From the NCBI GenBank assembly GCA_965235115.1, contig OZ249436.1, positions 2,482,001 through 2,546,000 of the forward strand: DNA of 64,000 bases, in the 5' to 3' direction. Positions 22,401-35,768 of this stretch are shown here, piece after piece. The first letter of the stretch is position 1; every line of letters starts with the position of its first letter. The notes below the pieces were generated by a model. That model was not told where the DNA came from. It was given only the letters and a program-made list of their open reading frames with translations, and searched no databases. Position numbers and translations under genes: made by a program. This DNA comes from Laetmonice hystrix. Taxonomy: Eukaryota.

Positions 22401-25400
22401 CCCATCTAATCTATGTCCCCCACAGACCATCTGTAAGCGTCCGACAACGTTGTCAGGTCGTCCCAATGACTGTTTGCCGTAAAGCTTTAGTTACCAATGG
22501 AAAATGACGTTGTACGCCTTTTCTATATCAGATATCCCATCCCCAAGTAACAAACAAACAAAGGAAGGTTACCGAGATTTTGCAGGCAAGAAACACCAGG
22601 GTGCAGCACAACTGCACCGAAGCGGGGGGGGGGGGTCTCCGACTGCACTGCTACCTTCCGGCTAGCGGTGGAATCACCACGTACTGGCAGGCACCTGTGG
22701 CTCTGAGGCGAGAGACAGGTTAAGGCAATGATAAGCGAAAAATGGCTACATTTTTGATGCCTCAAATTGAAACTAAGCGTCCCAAAATTATGATTCTTAG
22801 GCCAGATGTACGACTGTCAAACATATAGGTCTCGTACGTTCGCTACAGCTATATGATTCTGATGTGTACACTTCCCATTTGAGCATGTTCTCCAGATTTT
22901 AACATTAGATGCTCCTCGCCTGTACCTTTCATTTCCACTACCTCACTGTAGTGTTTGCACCTTTCATTAGGCCAGTCGGTAAGATTTAAGGATTTCTCAC
23001 TCTACTGGTTGGCCTTCCCCACTGCTTGGCCCCACAGTGTACTGTTTGGCCTCACTGTAGGCCTACTCTTAGGCCTTACTGTAGTGTTTGCCGTAAAGCT
23101 TTAGTTAACAATGGAAAATGACGTTGTACGCCTTTTCTATATCAGATATCCCATCCTCATGTAACAAACAAACAAAGGAAGGTTACCGAGATTTTGCAGG
23201 CAAGAAACACCAGGGTGCAGCACAACTGCACTGAAGGGGGGGGGGGTCTCCGACTGCACTGCTACCTTCCGGCTAGCGGTGGAATCACCACGTACTGGCA
23301 GGCACCTGTGGCTCTGAGGCGAGAGACAGGTTAAGGCAATGATAAGCGAAAAATGGCTACATTTTTGATGCGTCAAATTGAAACTAAGCCTCCCAAAATT
23401 ATTATTCTTAGGCCAGATGTACGACTGTCAAACGTATAGGTCTCGTACGTTCGCTACAGATATATGGTTGTGATGTGTACACTTCGCATTTGGGTATCTT
23501 CTCCAGATTTTAACATTAGATGCTCCTCGCCTGTACCTTTCATTTCCTCTACCTCACTGTAGTGTTTGCATGGGTACGAGGCCAGCCGGTAAGATTTAAG
23601 GATTTTCCACTCTACTGGTTGGCCTTCCCCAATGCTTGGCCCCACAGCATACTGTTTGGCCTCACTGTAGGCCTAGTCTTTGGCCTCACTGTAGTGTTCG
23701 CTTGGGTGCTAGGCCAGACAGTATACCTTGTAGCCATTCCTCCCTGTACTGTTTGGTCTTCCTCTACCGTTTGCTTGTATACAAGAGTAGCCAGTAGTAT
23801 AGGGACGCCTCATGTTTCATGTTTCCATGCCTTTATTGTCCAGGAGGAAGGCCATCCGTTTCGTCTATCAATTACTCCCATCTAATCTATGTCCCCTACA
23901 GACCATCTGTAAGCGTCCGATAATGTTGTCAGGTCGTCCCAATGACTGTTTGCCGTAAGGCTTTAGTTAACAATGGAAAATGACGTTGTACGCCTTTTCT
24001 ATATCAGCTATCACATTCCCAAGTAACAAACAAACAAAGGAAGGTTACCGAGATTTTGCAGGCAAGAAACACCAGGGTGCAGCACAACTGCACTGAAGCG
24101 GGGGGGGGGGCACTCCGACTGCACTGCTACCTTCCGGCTAGCGGTGGAATCACCACGTACTGGCAGGCACCTGTGGCTCTGAGGCGAGAGACAGGTTAGG
24201 GCAATGATAAGCGAAAAATGGCTACATTTTTGATGCGTCAAATTGAAACTAAGCCTCCCAAAATTATGATTCTTAGGCCAGATGTACGACTGTCAAACGT
24301 ATAGCTCTCGTACGTTCGCAACAGATATATGGTTGTGATGTGTACACTTCCCATTTGAGCATGTTCTCCAGATTTTAACATTAGATGCTCCTCGCCTGTA
24401 CCTTTCATTTCCACTACCTCACTGTAGTGTTTGCACCTTTCATTAGGCCAGCCGGTAAGATTTAAGGATTTCTCACTCTACTGGTTGGCCTTTCCCACTG
24501 CTTGGCCCCACAGTGTACTGTTTGGCCTCACTGTAGGCCTACTCTTAGGCCTTACTGTAGTGTTTGCCGTAAAGCTTTAGTTAACAATGGAAAATGACGT
24601 TGTACGCCTTTTCTATATCAGATATCCCATCCCCATGTAACAAACAAAACAAAGGAAGGTTACCGAGATTTTGCAGGCAAGAAACACCAGGGTGCAGCAC
24701 AACTGCACTGAAGGGGGGGGGGGTCTCCGACTGCACTGCTACCTTCCGGCTAGCGGTGGAATCACCACGTACTGGCAGGCACCTGTGGCTCTGAGGCGAG
24801 AGACAGGTTAAGGCAATGATAAGCGAAAAATGGCTACATTTTTTATGCGTCAAATTGAAACTAAGCCCCCCAAAATTATTATTCTTAGGCCAGATGTACG
24901 ACTGTCAAACGTATAGGTCTCGTACGTTCGCTACAGATATATGGTTGTGATGTGTACACTTCGTATTTGAGTATCTTCTCCAGATGTTAACATTAGATGC
25001 TCCTCGCCTGTACCTTTCATTTCCACTACCTCACTGTAGTGTTTGCATGGGTACTAGGCCAGCCGGTAAGATTTAATGATTTCTCACTCTACTGGTTGGC
25101 CTTCCCCACTGCTTGGCCCCACAGTGTACTGTTTGGCCTCACTGTAGGCCTACTCTTTGGCCTCACTGTAGTGTTCGCTTGGGTGCTAGGCCAGACAGTA
25201 TACTTTGTAGCGATTCCTCATTTACTGTTTGGTCTTCCTCTACCGTTTGCTTGTATACAAGAGTAATCAGTAGTATAGGGACGCCTCATGTTTCATGTTT
25301 CCATGCCTTTATTGTCCAGGAGGAAGGCCATCCGTTTCGTCTATCAATTACTCCCATCTAATCTATGTCCCCTGCAGACCATCTGTAAGCGTCCGACAAC

Positions 25401-27768
25401 GTTGTCAGGTCGTCCCAATGACTGTTTGCCGTAAAGCTTTAGTTAACAATGGAAAATGACGTTGTACGCCTTTTCTATATCAGAAATCCCATCCCCAAGT
25501 AACAAACAAACAAAGGAAGGTTACCGAGATTTTGCCGGCAAGAAACACCAGGGTGCAGCACAACTGCACGGAAGCGGAGGGGGGGGGGTCCCCGACTGCA
25601 CTGCTACCTTGCGGCTAGCGGTGGAATCACCACGTACTGGCAGGCACCTGCGGCTCTGAGGCGAGAGACAGGTTAAGGCAATGATAAGCGAAAAATGGCT
25701 ACATTTTTGATGCGTCAAATTGAAACTAAGCCTCCCAAAATTATGATTCTTAGGCCAGATGTACGACTGTCAAACGTATAGGTCTCGTACGTTCGCTACA
25801 CATATATGGTTGTGATGTGTACACTTCGCATTTGAATATCTTCTCCAGATTTTAACATTAGATGCTCCTCGCCTGTACCTTTCATTTCCAGTACCTCACT
25901 GTAGTGTTTGCATGGGTACTAGGCCAGCCGGTAAGATTTAAGGATTTTCCACTCTACTGGTTGGCCTTCCCCACTGTTTGGCCCCACCGCATACTGTTTG
26001 GCCTCACTGTAGGCCTACTCTTTGGCCTCACTGTAGTGTTCGCTTGGGTGCTAGGCCAGACGGTATACCTTGTAGGCATTCCTCCCTGTACTGTTTGGTC
26101 TTCCTCTACCGTTTGCTTGTATACAAGAGTAGCCAGTTTTATAGGGACGCCTCATGTTTCATGTTTCCATGCCTTTATCGTCCAGGAGGAAGGCCATCCG
26201 TTTCGTCTATCATCTACTCCCATCTAATCTATGTCCCCTACAGACCATCTGTAAGCGTCCGACAACGTTGTCAGGTCGTCCCAATGACTGTTTGCCGTAA
26301 AGCTTTAGTTAACAATGGAAAATGTCGTTGTACGCCTTTTCTATATCAGATATCCCATCCCCAAGTAACAAACAAACAAAGGAAGGTTACCGAGATTTTG
26401 CAGGCAAGAAACACCAGGGTGCAGCACAACTGCACTGAAGCGGGGGCGGGGGGTCTCCGACTGCACTGCTACCTTCCAGCTAGCGGTGGAATCACCACGT
26501 ACTGGCAGGCACCTGTGGCTCTGAGGCGAGAGACAGGTTAAGGCAATGATAAGCGAAAAATGGCTACATTTTTTATGCGTCAAATTGAAACTAAGCCCCC
26601 CAAAATTATTATTCTTAGGCCAGATGTACGACTGTCAAACGTATAGGTCTCGTACGTTCGCTACAGATATATGGTTGTGATGTGTACACTTCGCATTTGA
26701 GTATCTTCTCCAGATGTTAACATTAGATGCTCCTCGCCTGTACCTTTCATTTCCACTACCTCACTGTAGTGTTTGCATGGGTACTAGGCCAGCCGGTAAG
26801 ATTTAATGATTTCTCACTCTACTGGTTGGCCTTCCCCACTGCTTGGCCCCACAGTGTACTGTTTGGCCTCACTGTAGGCCTACTCTTTGGCCTCACTGTA
26901 GTGTTCGCTTGGGTGCTAGGCCAGACAGTATACTTTGTAGCGATTCCTCCCTTACTGTTTGGTCTTCCTCTACCGCTTGCTTGTATACAAAAGTAGCCAG
27001 TAGTATAGGGACGCCTCATGTTTCATGTTTCCATGCCTTTATTGTCCAGGAGGAAGGCCATCCGTTTCGTCTATCAATTACTCCCATCTAATCTATGTCC
27101 CCTGGAGACCATCTGTAAGCGTCCGACAACGTTGTCAGGTCGTCCCAATGACTGTTTGCCGTAAATCTTTAGTTAACAATGGAAAATGACGTTGTACGCC
27201 TTTTCTATATCAGAAATCCCATCCCCAAGTAACAAACAAACAAAGGAAGGTTACCGAGATTTTGCCGGCAAGAAACACCAGGGTGCAGCACAACTGCACT
27301 GAAGCGGAGGGGGGGGGGGGTCCCCGACTGCACTGTTACCTTGCGGCTAGCGGTGGAATCACCACGTACTGGCAGGCACCTGTGGCTCTGAGGCGAGAGA
27401 CAGGTTAAGGCAATGATAAGCGAAAAATGGCTACATTTTTGATGCGTCAAATTGAAACTAAGCGTCCCAAAATTATGATTCTTAGGCCAGATGTACGACT
27501 GTCAAACGTATAGGTCTCGTACGTTCGCTACACATATATGGTTGTGATGTGTACACTTCGCATTTGAATATCTTCTCCAGATTTTAACATTAGATGCTCC
27601 TCGCCTGTACCTTTCATTTCCAGTACCTCACTGTAGTGTTTGCACCTTTCATTAGGCCAGCCGGTAAGATTTAACGATTTTCCACTCTACTGGTTGGCCT
27701 TCCCCACTGCTTGGCCCCACAGCATACTGTTTGGCCTCACTGTAGGCCTACTCTTTGGCCTCACTGTA

Positions 27769-27976
27769 TTTTATTTGCGGTGGACAGAATAAATCCGTCC
27801 AAATGCACTGGCATCAGGTTTACCCGGATGTGCTTTTGAAAATGTTCTAATGGACTTAATTTATCTGAGTTTGCTGGACACTAATATGTCCGACAGATTT
27901 TTATTTCTTTGATAGCCAACGAGTAGCTCATCCCTGAAATGTCTGGGATATATGTTTTGTAAGCTTTGGTAGGTGA
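27769..27976. other. 208-bp non-satellite insertion in a monomer, copy 1
   Basis: Interrupts CCTCACTGTA|GTGTTCGC with no TSD or TIR. Copies at 54391 and 60404 look identical by eye. Confidence 0.9.
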
Positions 27977-30900
27977 GTGTTCGCTTGGGTGCTAGGCCAG
28001 ACGGTATACCTTGTAGCCATTCCTCCCTGTACTGTTTGGTCTTCCTCTACCGTTTGCTTGTATACAAGAGTAGCCAGTAGTATAGGGACGCCTCATGTTT
28101 CATGTTTCCATGCCTTTATTGTCCAGGAGGAAGGCCATCCATTTCGTCTATCATCTACTCCCATCTAATCTATGTCCCCTACAGACCATCTGTAAGCGTC
28201 CGACAACGTTGTCAGGTCGTCCCAATGACTGTTTGCCGAAAAGCTTTAGTTAACAATGGAAAATGACGTTGTACGCCTTTTCTATATCAGATATCCCATC
28301 CCCAAGTAACAAACAAACAAAGGAAGGTTACCGAGATTTTGCAGGCAAGAAACACCAGGGTGCAGCACAACTCCACTGAAGCGGAGGGGCGGGGGTCCCC
28401 GACTGCACTGCTACCTTGCGGCTAGCGGTGGAATCACCACGTACTGGCAGGCACCTGTGGCTCTGAGGCGAGAGACAGGTTAGGGCAATGATAAGCGAAA
28501 AATGGCTACATTTTTGATGCGTCAAATTGAAACTAAGCCTCCCAAAATTATGATTCTTAGGCCAGATGTACGACTGTCAAACGTATAGGTCTCGTACGTT
28601 CGCTACAGCTATATGGTTGTGATGTGTACACTTCCCATTTGAGCATGTTCTCCAGATTTTAACATTAGATGCTCCTCGCCTGTACCTTTCATTTCCACTA
28701 CCTCACTGTAGTGTTTGCACCTTTCATTAGTCCAGTCGGTAAGATTTAAGGATTTCTCACTCTACTAGTTGGGCTTCCACACTGCTTGGCCCCACAGTGT
28801 ACTGTTTGGCCTCACTGTAGGCCTACTCTTAGGCCTCACTGTAGTGTTCGCTTGGGTGCTAGGCCAGACAGTATACCTTGTAGCCATTCCTCCCTGTACT
28901 GTTTGGACTTCCTCTACCGTTTGCTTGTATACAAGAGTAGCCAGTAGTATAGGGACGCCTCATGTTTCATGTTTCCATGCCTTTATTGTCCCGGAGGAAG
29001 GCCATCCGTTTCGTCTATCATCTACTCCCATGTAATCTATGTCCCCTACAGACCATCTGTAAGCGTCCGACAACGTTGTCAGGTCGTCCCACTGACTGTT
29101 TGCCGAAAAGCTTTAGTTAACAATGGAAAATGACGTTGTACGCCTTTTCTATATCAGATATCCCATCCCAAAGTAACAAACAAACAAAGGAAGGTTACCG
29201 AGATTTTGCAGGCAAGAAACACCAGGGTGCAGCACAACTGCACTGAAGCGGGGGGGGGGGGGGGGACTCCGACTGCACTGCTACCTTCCGGCTAGCGGTG
29301 GAATCACCACGTACTGGCAGGCACCTGTGGCTCTGAGGCGAGAGACAGGTTAGGGCAATGATAAGCGAAAAATGGCTACATTTTTGATGCGTCAAATTGA
29401 AACTAAGCCTCCCAAAATTATGATTCTTAGGCCAGATGTACGACTGTCAAACGTATAGGTCTCGTACTTTCGCTACAGATATATGGTTGTGATGTGTACA
29501 CTTCCCATTTGAGCATGTTCTCCAGATTTTAACATTAGATGCTCCTCGCCTGTACCTTTCATTTCCACTACCTCACTGTAGTGTTTGCACCTTTCATTAG
29601 GCCAGCCGGTAAGATTTAACGATTTTCCACTCTACTGGTTGGCCTTCCCCACTGCTTGGCCCCACAGCATACTGTTTGGCCTCACTGTAGGCCTACTCTT
29701 TGGCCTCACTGTAGTGTTCGCTTGGGTGCTAGGCCAGACGGTATACCTTGTAGCCATTCCTCCCTGTACTGTTTGGTCTTCCTCTACCGTTTGCTTGTAT
29801 ACAAGAGTAGCCAGTGGTATAGGGACGCCTCATGTTTCATGTTTCCATGCCTTTATTGTCCAGGAGGAAGGCCATCCGTTTCGTCTATCATCTACTCCCA
29901 TCTAATCTATGTCCCCCACAGACCATCTGTAGGCTAAGCGTCCGACAATGTTGTCAGGTCGTCCCAATGACTGTTTGCCGTAAGGCTTTAGTTAACAATG
30001 GAAAATGACGTTGTACGCCTTTTCTATATCAGATATCCCATCCCCAAGTAACAAACAAACAAAGGAAGGTTACCGAGATTTTGCAGGCAAGAAACACCAG
30101 GGTGCAGCACAACTGCACTGAAGCGGAGGGGCGGGGGTCCCCGACTGCACTGCTACCTTCCGGCTAGCGGTGGAATCACCACGTACTGGCAGGCACCTGT
30201 GGCTCTGAGGCGAGACACAGGTTAAGGCAATGATAAGCGAAAAATGGCTACATTTTTGATACGTCAAATTGAAACTAAGCCTCCCAAAACTATGATTCTT
30301 AGGCCAGATGTACGACTGTCAAACATATAGGTCTCGTACGTTCGCTACAGCTATATGGTTGTGATGTGTACACTTCCCATTTGAGCATGTTCTCCAGATT
30401 TTAACATTAGATGCTCCTCGCCTGTACCTTTCATTTCCACTTCCTCACTGTAGTGTTTGCACCTTTCATTAGGCCAGTCGGTAAGATTTAAGGATTTCTC
30501 ACTCTACTGGTTGGCCTTCCCCACTGCTTGGCCCCACAGTGTACTGTTTGGCCTCACTGTAGGCCTACTCTTAGGCCTCACTGTAGTGTTCGCTTTGGTA
30601 CTAGGCCAGACAGTATACCTTGTAGCCATTCCTCCCTGTACTGTTTGGTCTTCCTCTACCGTTTGCTTGTATACAAGAGTAGCCAGTAGTATAGGGACGC
30701 CTCATGTTTCATGTTTCCATGCCTTTATTGTCCAGGAGGAAGGCCATCCATTTCGTCTATCATCTACTCCCATCTAATCTATGTCCCCTACAGACCATCT
30801 GTAAGCGTCCGACAACGTTGTCAGGTCGTCCCAATGACTGTTTGCCGAAAAGCTTTAGTTAACAATGGAAAATGACGTTGTACGCCTTTTCTATATCAGA

Positions 30901-32974
30901 TATCCCATCCCCAAGTAACAAACAAACAAAGGAAGGTTACCGAGATTTTGCAGGCAAGAAACACCAGGGTGCAGCACAACTGCACTGAAGGGGGGGGGGA
31001 CTCCGACTGCACTGCTACCTTCCGGCTAGCGGTGGAATCACCACGTACTGGCAGGCACCTGTGGCTCTGAGGCGAGAGACAGGTTAGGGCAATGATAAGC
31101 GAAAAATGGCTACATTTTTGATGCGTCAAATTGAAACTAAGCCTCCCAAAACTATGATTCTTAGGCCAGATGTACGACTGTCAAACATATAGGTCTCGTA
31201 CGTTCGCTACAGCTATATGGTTGTGATGTGTACACTTCCCATTTGAGCATGTTCTCCAGATTTTAACATTAGATGCTCCTCGCCTGTACCTTTCATTTCC
31301 ACTACCTCACTGTAGTGTTTGCACCTTTCATTAGGCCAGTCGGTAAGATTTAAGGATTTCTCACTCTACTGGTTGGCCTTCCCCACTGCTTGGCCCCACA
31401 GTGTACTGTTTGGCCTCACTGTAGGCCTACTCTTAGGCCTCACTGTAGTGTTCGCTTTGGTACTAGGCCAGACAGTATACCTTGTAGCCATTCCTCCCTG
31501 TACTGTTTGGTCTTCCTCTACCGTTTGCTTGTATACAAGAGTAGCCAGTAGTTTAGGGACGCCTCATGTTTCATGTTTCCATGCCTTTATTGTCCAGGAG
31601 GAAGGCCATCCGTTTCGTCTATCATCTACTCCCATCTAATCTATGTCCCCTACAGACCATCTGTAAGCGTCCGACAACGTTGTCAGGTCGTCCCAATGAC
31701 TGTTTGCCGTAAAGCTTTAGTTAACAATGGAAAATGACGTTGTACGCCTTTTCTATATCAGATATCCCATCCCCAAGTAACAAACAAACAAAGGAAGGTT
31801 ACCGAGATTTTGCAGGCAAGAAACACCAGGGTGCAGCACAACTGCACTGAAGCGGGGGGGGGGGGGGGGTCCGACTGCACTGCTACCTTCCGGCTAGCGG
31901 TGGAATCACCACGTACTGGCAGGCACCTGTGGCTCTGAGGCGAGAGACAGGTTAGGGCAATGATAAGCGAAAAATGGCTACATTTTTGATGCGTCAAATT
32001 GAAACTAAGCCTCCCAAAATTATGATTCTTAGGCCAGATGTACGACTGTCAAACGTATAGGTCTCGCACTTCGCATTTGAGTATCTTCTCCAGATTTTAA
32101 CATTAGATGCTCCTCGCCTGTACCTTTCATTTCCAGTACCTCACTGTAGTGTTTGCATGGGTACTAGGCCAGCCGGTAAGATTTAAGGATTTTCCACTCT
32201 ACTGGTTGGCCTTCCCCACTGCTTGGCCCCACAGCATACTGTTTGGCCTCACTGTAGGCCTACTCTTTGGCCTCACTGTAGTGTTCGCTTGGGTGCTAGG
32301 CCAGACGGTATACCTTGTAGCCATTCCTCCCTGTACTGTTTGGTCTTCCTCTACCGTTTGCTTGTATACAAGAGTAGCTAGTAGTATAGGGACGCCTCAT
32401 GTTTCATGTTTCCATGCCTTTATTGTCCAGGAGGAAGGCCATCCGTTTCGTCTATCATCTACTCCCATCTAATCTATGTCCCCCACAGACCATCTGTAAG
32501 CGTCCGACAACGTTGTCAGGTCGTCCCAATGACTGTTTGCCGTAAAGCTTTAGTTAACAATGGAAAATGACGTTGTACGCCTTTTCTATATCAGATATCC
32601 CATCCCCAAGTAACAAACAAACAAAGGAGGGTTACCGAGATTTTGCAGGCAAGAAACACCAGGGTGCAGCACAACTGCACTGAAGCGGGGGGGGGGGGGG
32701 TCTCCGACTGCACTGCTACCTTCCGGCTAGCGGTGGAATCACCACGTACTGGCAGGCACCTGTGGCTCTGAGGCGAGAGACAGGTTAAGGGGCTCATGTC
32801 AGGGAACTGCCGTGACGTCACGCCCGGGAGAAAATGGTGGATATGCAGGAAATCCCGAAAATAGTTCCGTAAAATCATTTAAATAACAATAACGTTAGGC
32901 TGACAATAAAATGATTGGGTGGTAGGCCCTAGTAGACAGGTGCGTATGGCTACGTGGTCGATAAATTGGATAGA

Positions 32975-33325
32975 TCGGCAAGGTTTGCAGTTTGGCAGGT
33001 ATAGGCAAAGTCGGAAGGTAGGCAAAGTCGGCAGGTAGGCAAAGTCGGCAGGTAGGCAGGGAGGCAAAGTCGGCAGGTAGGCAAAGTCGGCAGGTTGGCA
33101 AAGTCTGCAGGTAGCAGAAGGCAATGTCGGCAGGGAGGCAAAGTCGGCAGGTAGGCAAGGTCGGCAGGTAGGCAAAGTCGGCAGGCAGGCAAAGTCGGCA
33201 GGTAGGCAAAGTCGGCAGGTAGGCAAAGTCGGCAGGTAGGCAAAGTCGGCAGTTTGGCAAAGAAGGCAGGTAGCAGAAGGCAAAGTCGGCAGGTAGGCAG
33301 ACCGGCAAGGTTGGCAGGACGGCAG
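32975..33325. repeat. 17-bp subterminal minisatellite, copy 2
   Basis: Same as 6352-6702. Confidence 0.95.
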
Positions 33326-33580
33326 GAAGATAAGCTAGGAAAACGAAATGGGGAATGATTTTTTTGGCCAGACAGAAAGATTTGTATGCATGGAGTGTAT
33401 TATACATGGACATTAATGTTAAATGTTCATCATAATCGAATTACGAATGTTGAGGACTATGACTGCGAAGAAATCCATAATTAAAACCAGGTTAATACAA
33501 TGGAATCATAAATAACTCGAAATAAAATGTTATCCTTGTTATGTTTTATTTATTTTCATCACTTGAGCATCTTACAACGT

Positions 33581-34416
33581 GTCGATATGCAGGAATTCCG
33601 GAAAGTAGTTTGCGTCAGACATCATTGGTGTGTATACCGTTGTAATACATGTGACTTCAGATGTTTTCACTGCACATTTAATTTATGAACATATTTTTGT
33701 TTACGGACCGGCTACACGCATTCCATTGTTGGAAGTGCAAGTGGTGTATCTCTTTGCCATGGACATCCAGATATATTAAGTTGAACGGCTCGTGCCAACC
33801 TTGTCTCGTGGCGTTATATGCGACCTCTACACCAAGAGCCGCAGCGTCTGTTCTTCTGAAGTTATGAGGGAACCACTTCAGTTAGGAGGGCATGTAGAAG
33901 CAGTTGTGGAAATCGACGAAAACTTATTTGGTAAAAAACGAAAATATCACCGCGGGGCAAAAACCACAGTGGGTACTCGGCTTGGTTGAAAAGCGCACTG
34001 GAAAGTTCGTGATACAAGTTGAGAATGACCGTAAGAAAGAAACATAGCAACCAATTATAAATGAGCATGTTAGGTCCGGTGCTACTATTTATTCTGATGG
34101 GTTCGTTGCTTATCAATCTATAGCTAAGGAGCAGGGTTATCATCACCGTCTTGTAAACCACAAGAAGGAATTCAAGTCTGCAGAAGGGATTTACACAAAC
34201 ACCATAGAGGGGTTATGGGGAAACATCAAGTGGCGAATTAAGCGCATGAAAGGCATTTATCCAAGTCAACCGAGTGTCATTCTACACGAAGCCATGTCCC
34301 GCAAGAACAGGGGAGGCAAAGATATATATCATGTACTTCTGAAAGACTACGACATGATACAGAAGTCTTACCGTTTATGTGAAAAGAAAACGAAAGAGGA
34401 GCCCAGCTACAGTTAA
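33581..34416 (+). pseudogene. Merlin/IS1595-family DDE transposase, disrupted, copy 2
   Basis: Same motifs and lesions as copy 1 (ORF track 33792-33989 shows VVEIDENLFGKKRKYHRG). Confidence 0.92.
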
Positions 34417-35768
34417 CAATAATAAGCGTACAGAACACTACAGTGGGGAGACTGAAATGCAGTTGGTTTATTGATCAATAAAAAGGCATGGATCGAATCT
34501 GTATTACACAAAGCTATTATCCATGTGTACTTGACATAGGGAAATATACATAATTATGTTGAGGGCTAAAAAAGATCTGATGAATTATAGCTTACCCTTT
34601 TGAATGCATTCATTGCCAATTAATAGCGTTAATGCACTATAACATTATTACTTTACGTATTTACTTTCTCTTTTTCCGCGTAACTTGCGATGATTTCGGT
34701 ACAGAACGTTTTCCACTGTGACACTCCTCCGTGACTGCAGGTTCACTACTTTGTGGTGTAGATACTACGCCTATTTGTGTGTCCTCTATCGGGTTGCTGT
34801 CGTCGCTGAAGATTTAATAGACAAGGGTAAGACATGTGTGGACAGACATATTAGGTCTATGACTAAAGTGGATTGTTTAATACTTGCCATGATGCCGCAA
34901 GAAGATGTTTACCTACCCATCCCCACTATTATACCATATATAATGGCATGTATAGATCTTAGTATGGCCGACATATAAGGACTTGACCTACATTGTGTCC
35001 GATGGGGAGGGTAGAATGGTGTTCATAAGCTCTGTGTGGGGGTGGACAAGACGAATGGCATGAAGCTCCTCCTCACTGAAGGCCGAGACGTTGTTGAATC
35101 GGGTCCTGTAGAACTCCAAGGAGGACCCCGTTTCACCTCGGTACCGATCCTCCTCAGACAGGGTGTCTGGGCGGGCCTTGAAGAAAGTGTCTGAATGAAT
35201 GCCTTCCATCCTGTTCCTTCTTTTGAACCACCCTACTTTCAGGCGTTGTAAATGCTTCTAGCTCCGCTGAAATAAGCAGATAAATAGTAATTAGTTCCAT
35301 ATCGAAAGAGTATAGGTTATATGCAGTAGCGGCGAAGCAGACAATGTATATATATATATATATATATCGGTGGAGCCATTTTGCTTGAGGTCATTTGCGG
35401 GGGGGGGGGGGGCTTAACAAAATTTACAAAAGCCATAGGATTATAGGGCCCCCGATAAAATCATGGCGGGCAGTGCCGCCTAACTTCCGCCGGCTATGAT
35501 ATGTAACACACGGAAATGGATATATTAGGGCTGCTGAATGTGTAGGGCTATATTATGTTAAATGCTTCTTTCTGATGGATACGGCTTTGGAGTTTTTCAC
35601 ATGTTTTTCCAGAACTCGCACTGTGACGATAGGGCGAATGGTAACCTCCCGTATACACTGGTAGTGCAGTCTACTGCTGTGCTAGTCATGAATGAAGGCA
35701 GTATCATTATCCCATCCCCTACAGGGGGATGGGATCTTCAGATTGTACGGTTTCGTCTTCCCTATTAT

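Larger units (their letters stand above)
1400..28010. repeat. ~26.6-kb tandem segmental duplication, unit 1
   Basis: All ORFs, insertions and monomer-diagnostic variants recur at +26,617 to +26,623. Confidence 0.95.
15915..32790. repeat. ~865-bp satellite array, block 2 (18 monomers, interrupted by three small insertions)
   Basis: The monomer resumes exactly after the TSD. Includes ~613-bp deleted monomers (junctions ~16818, ~23088, ~24564). Confidence 0.98.
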
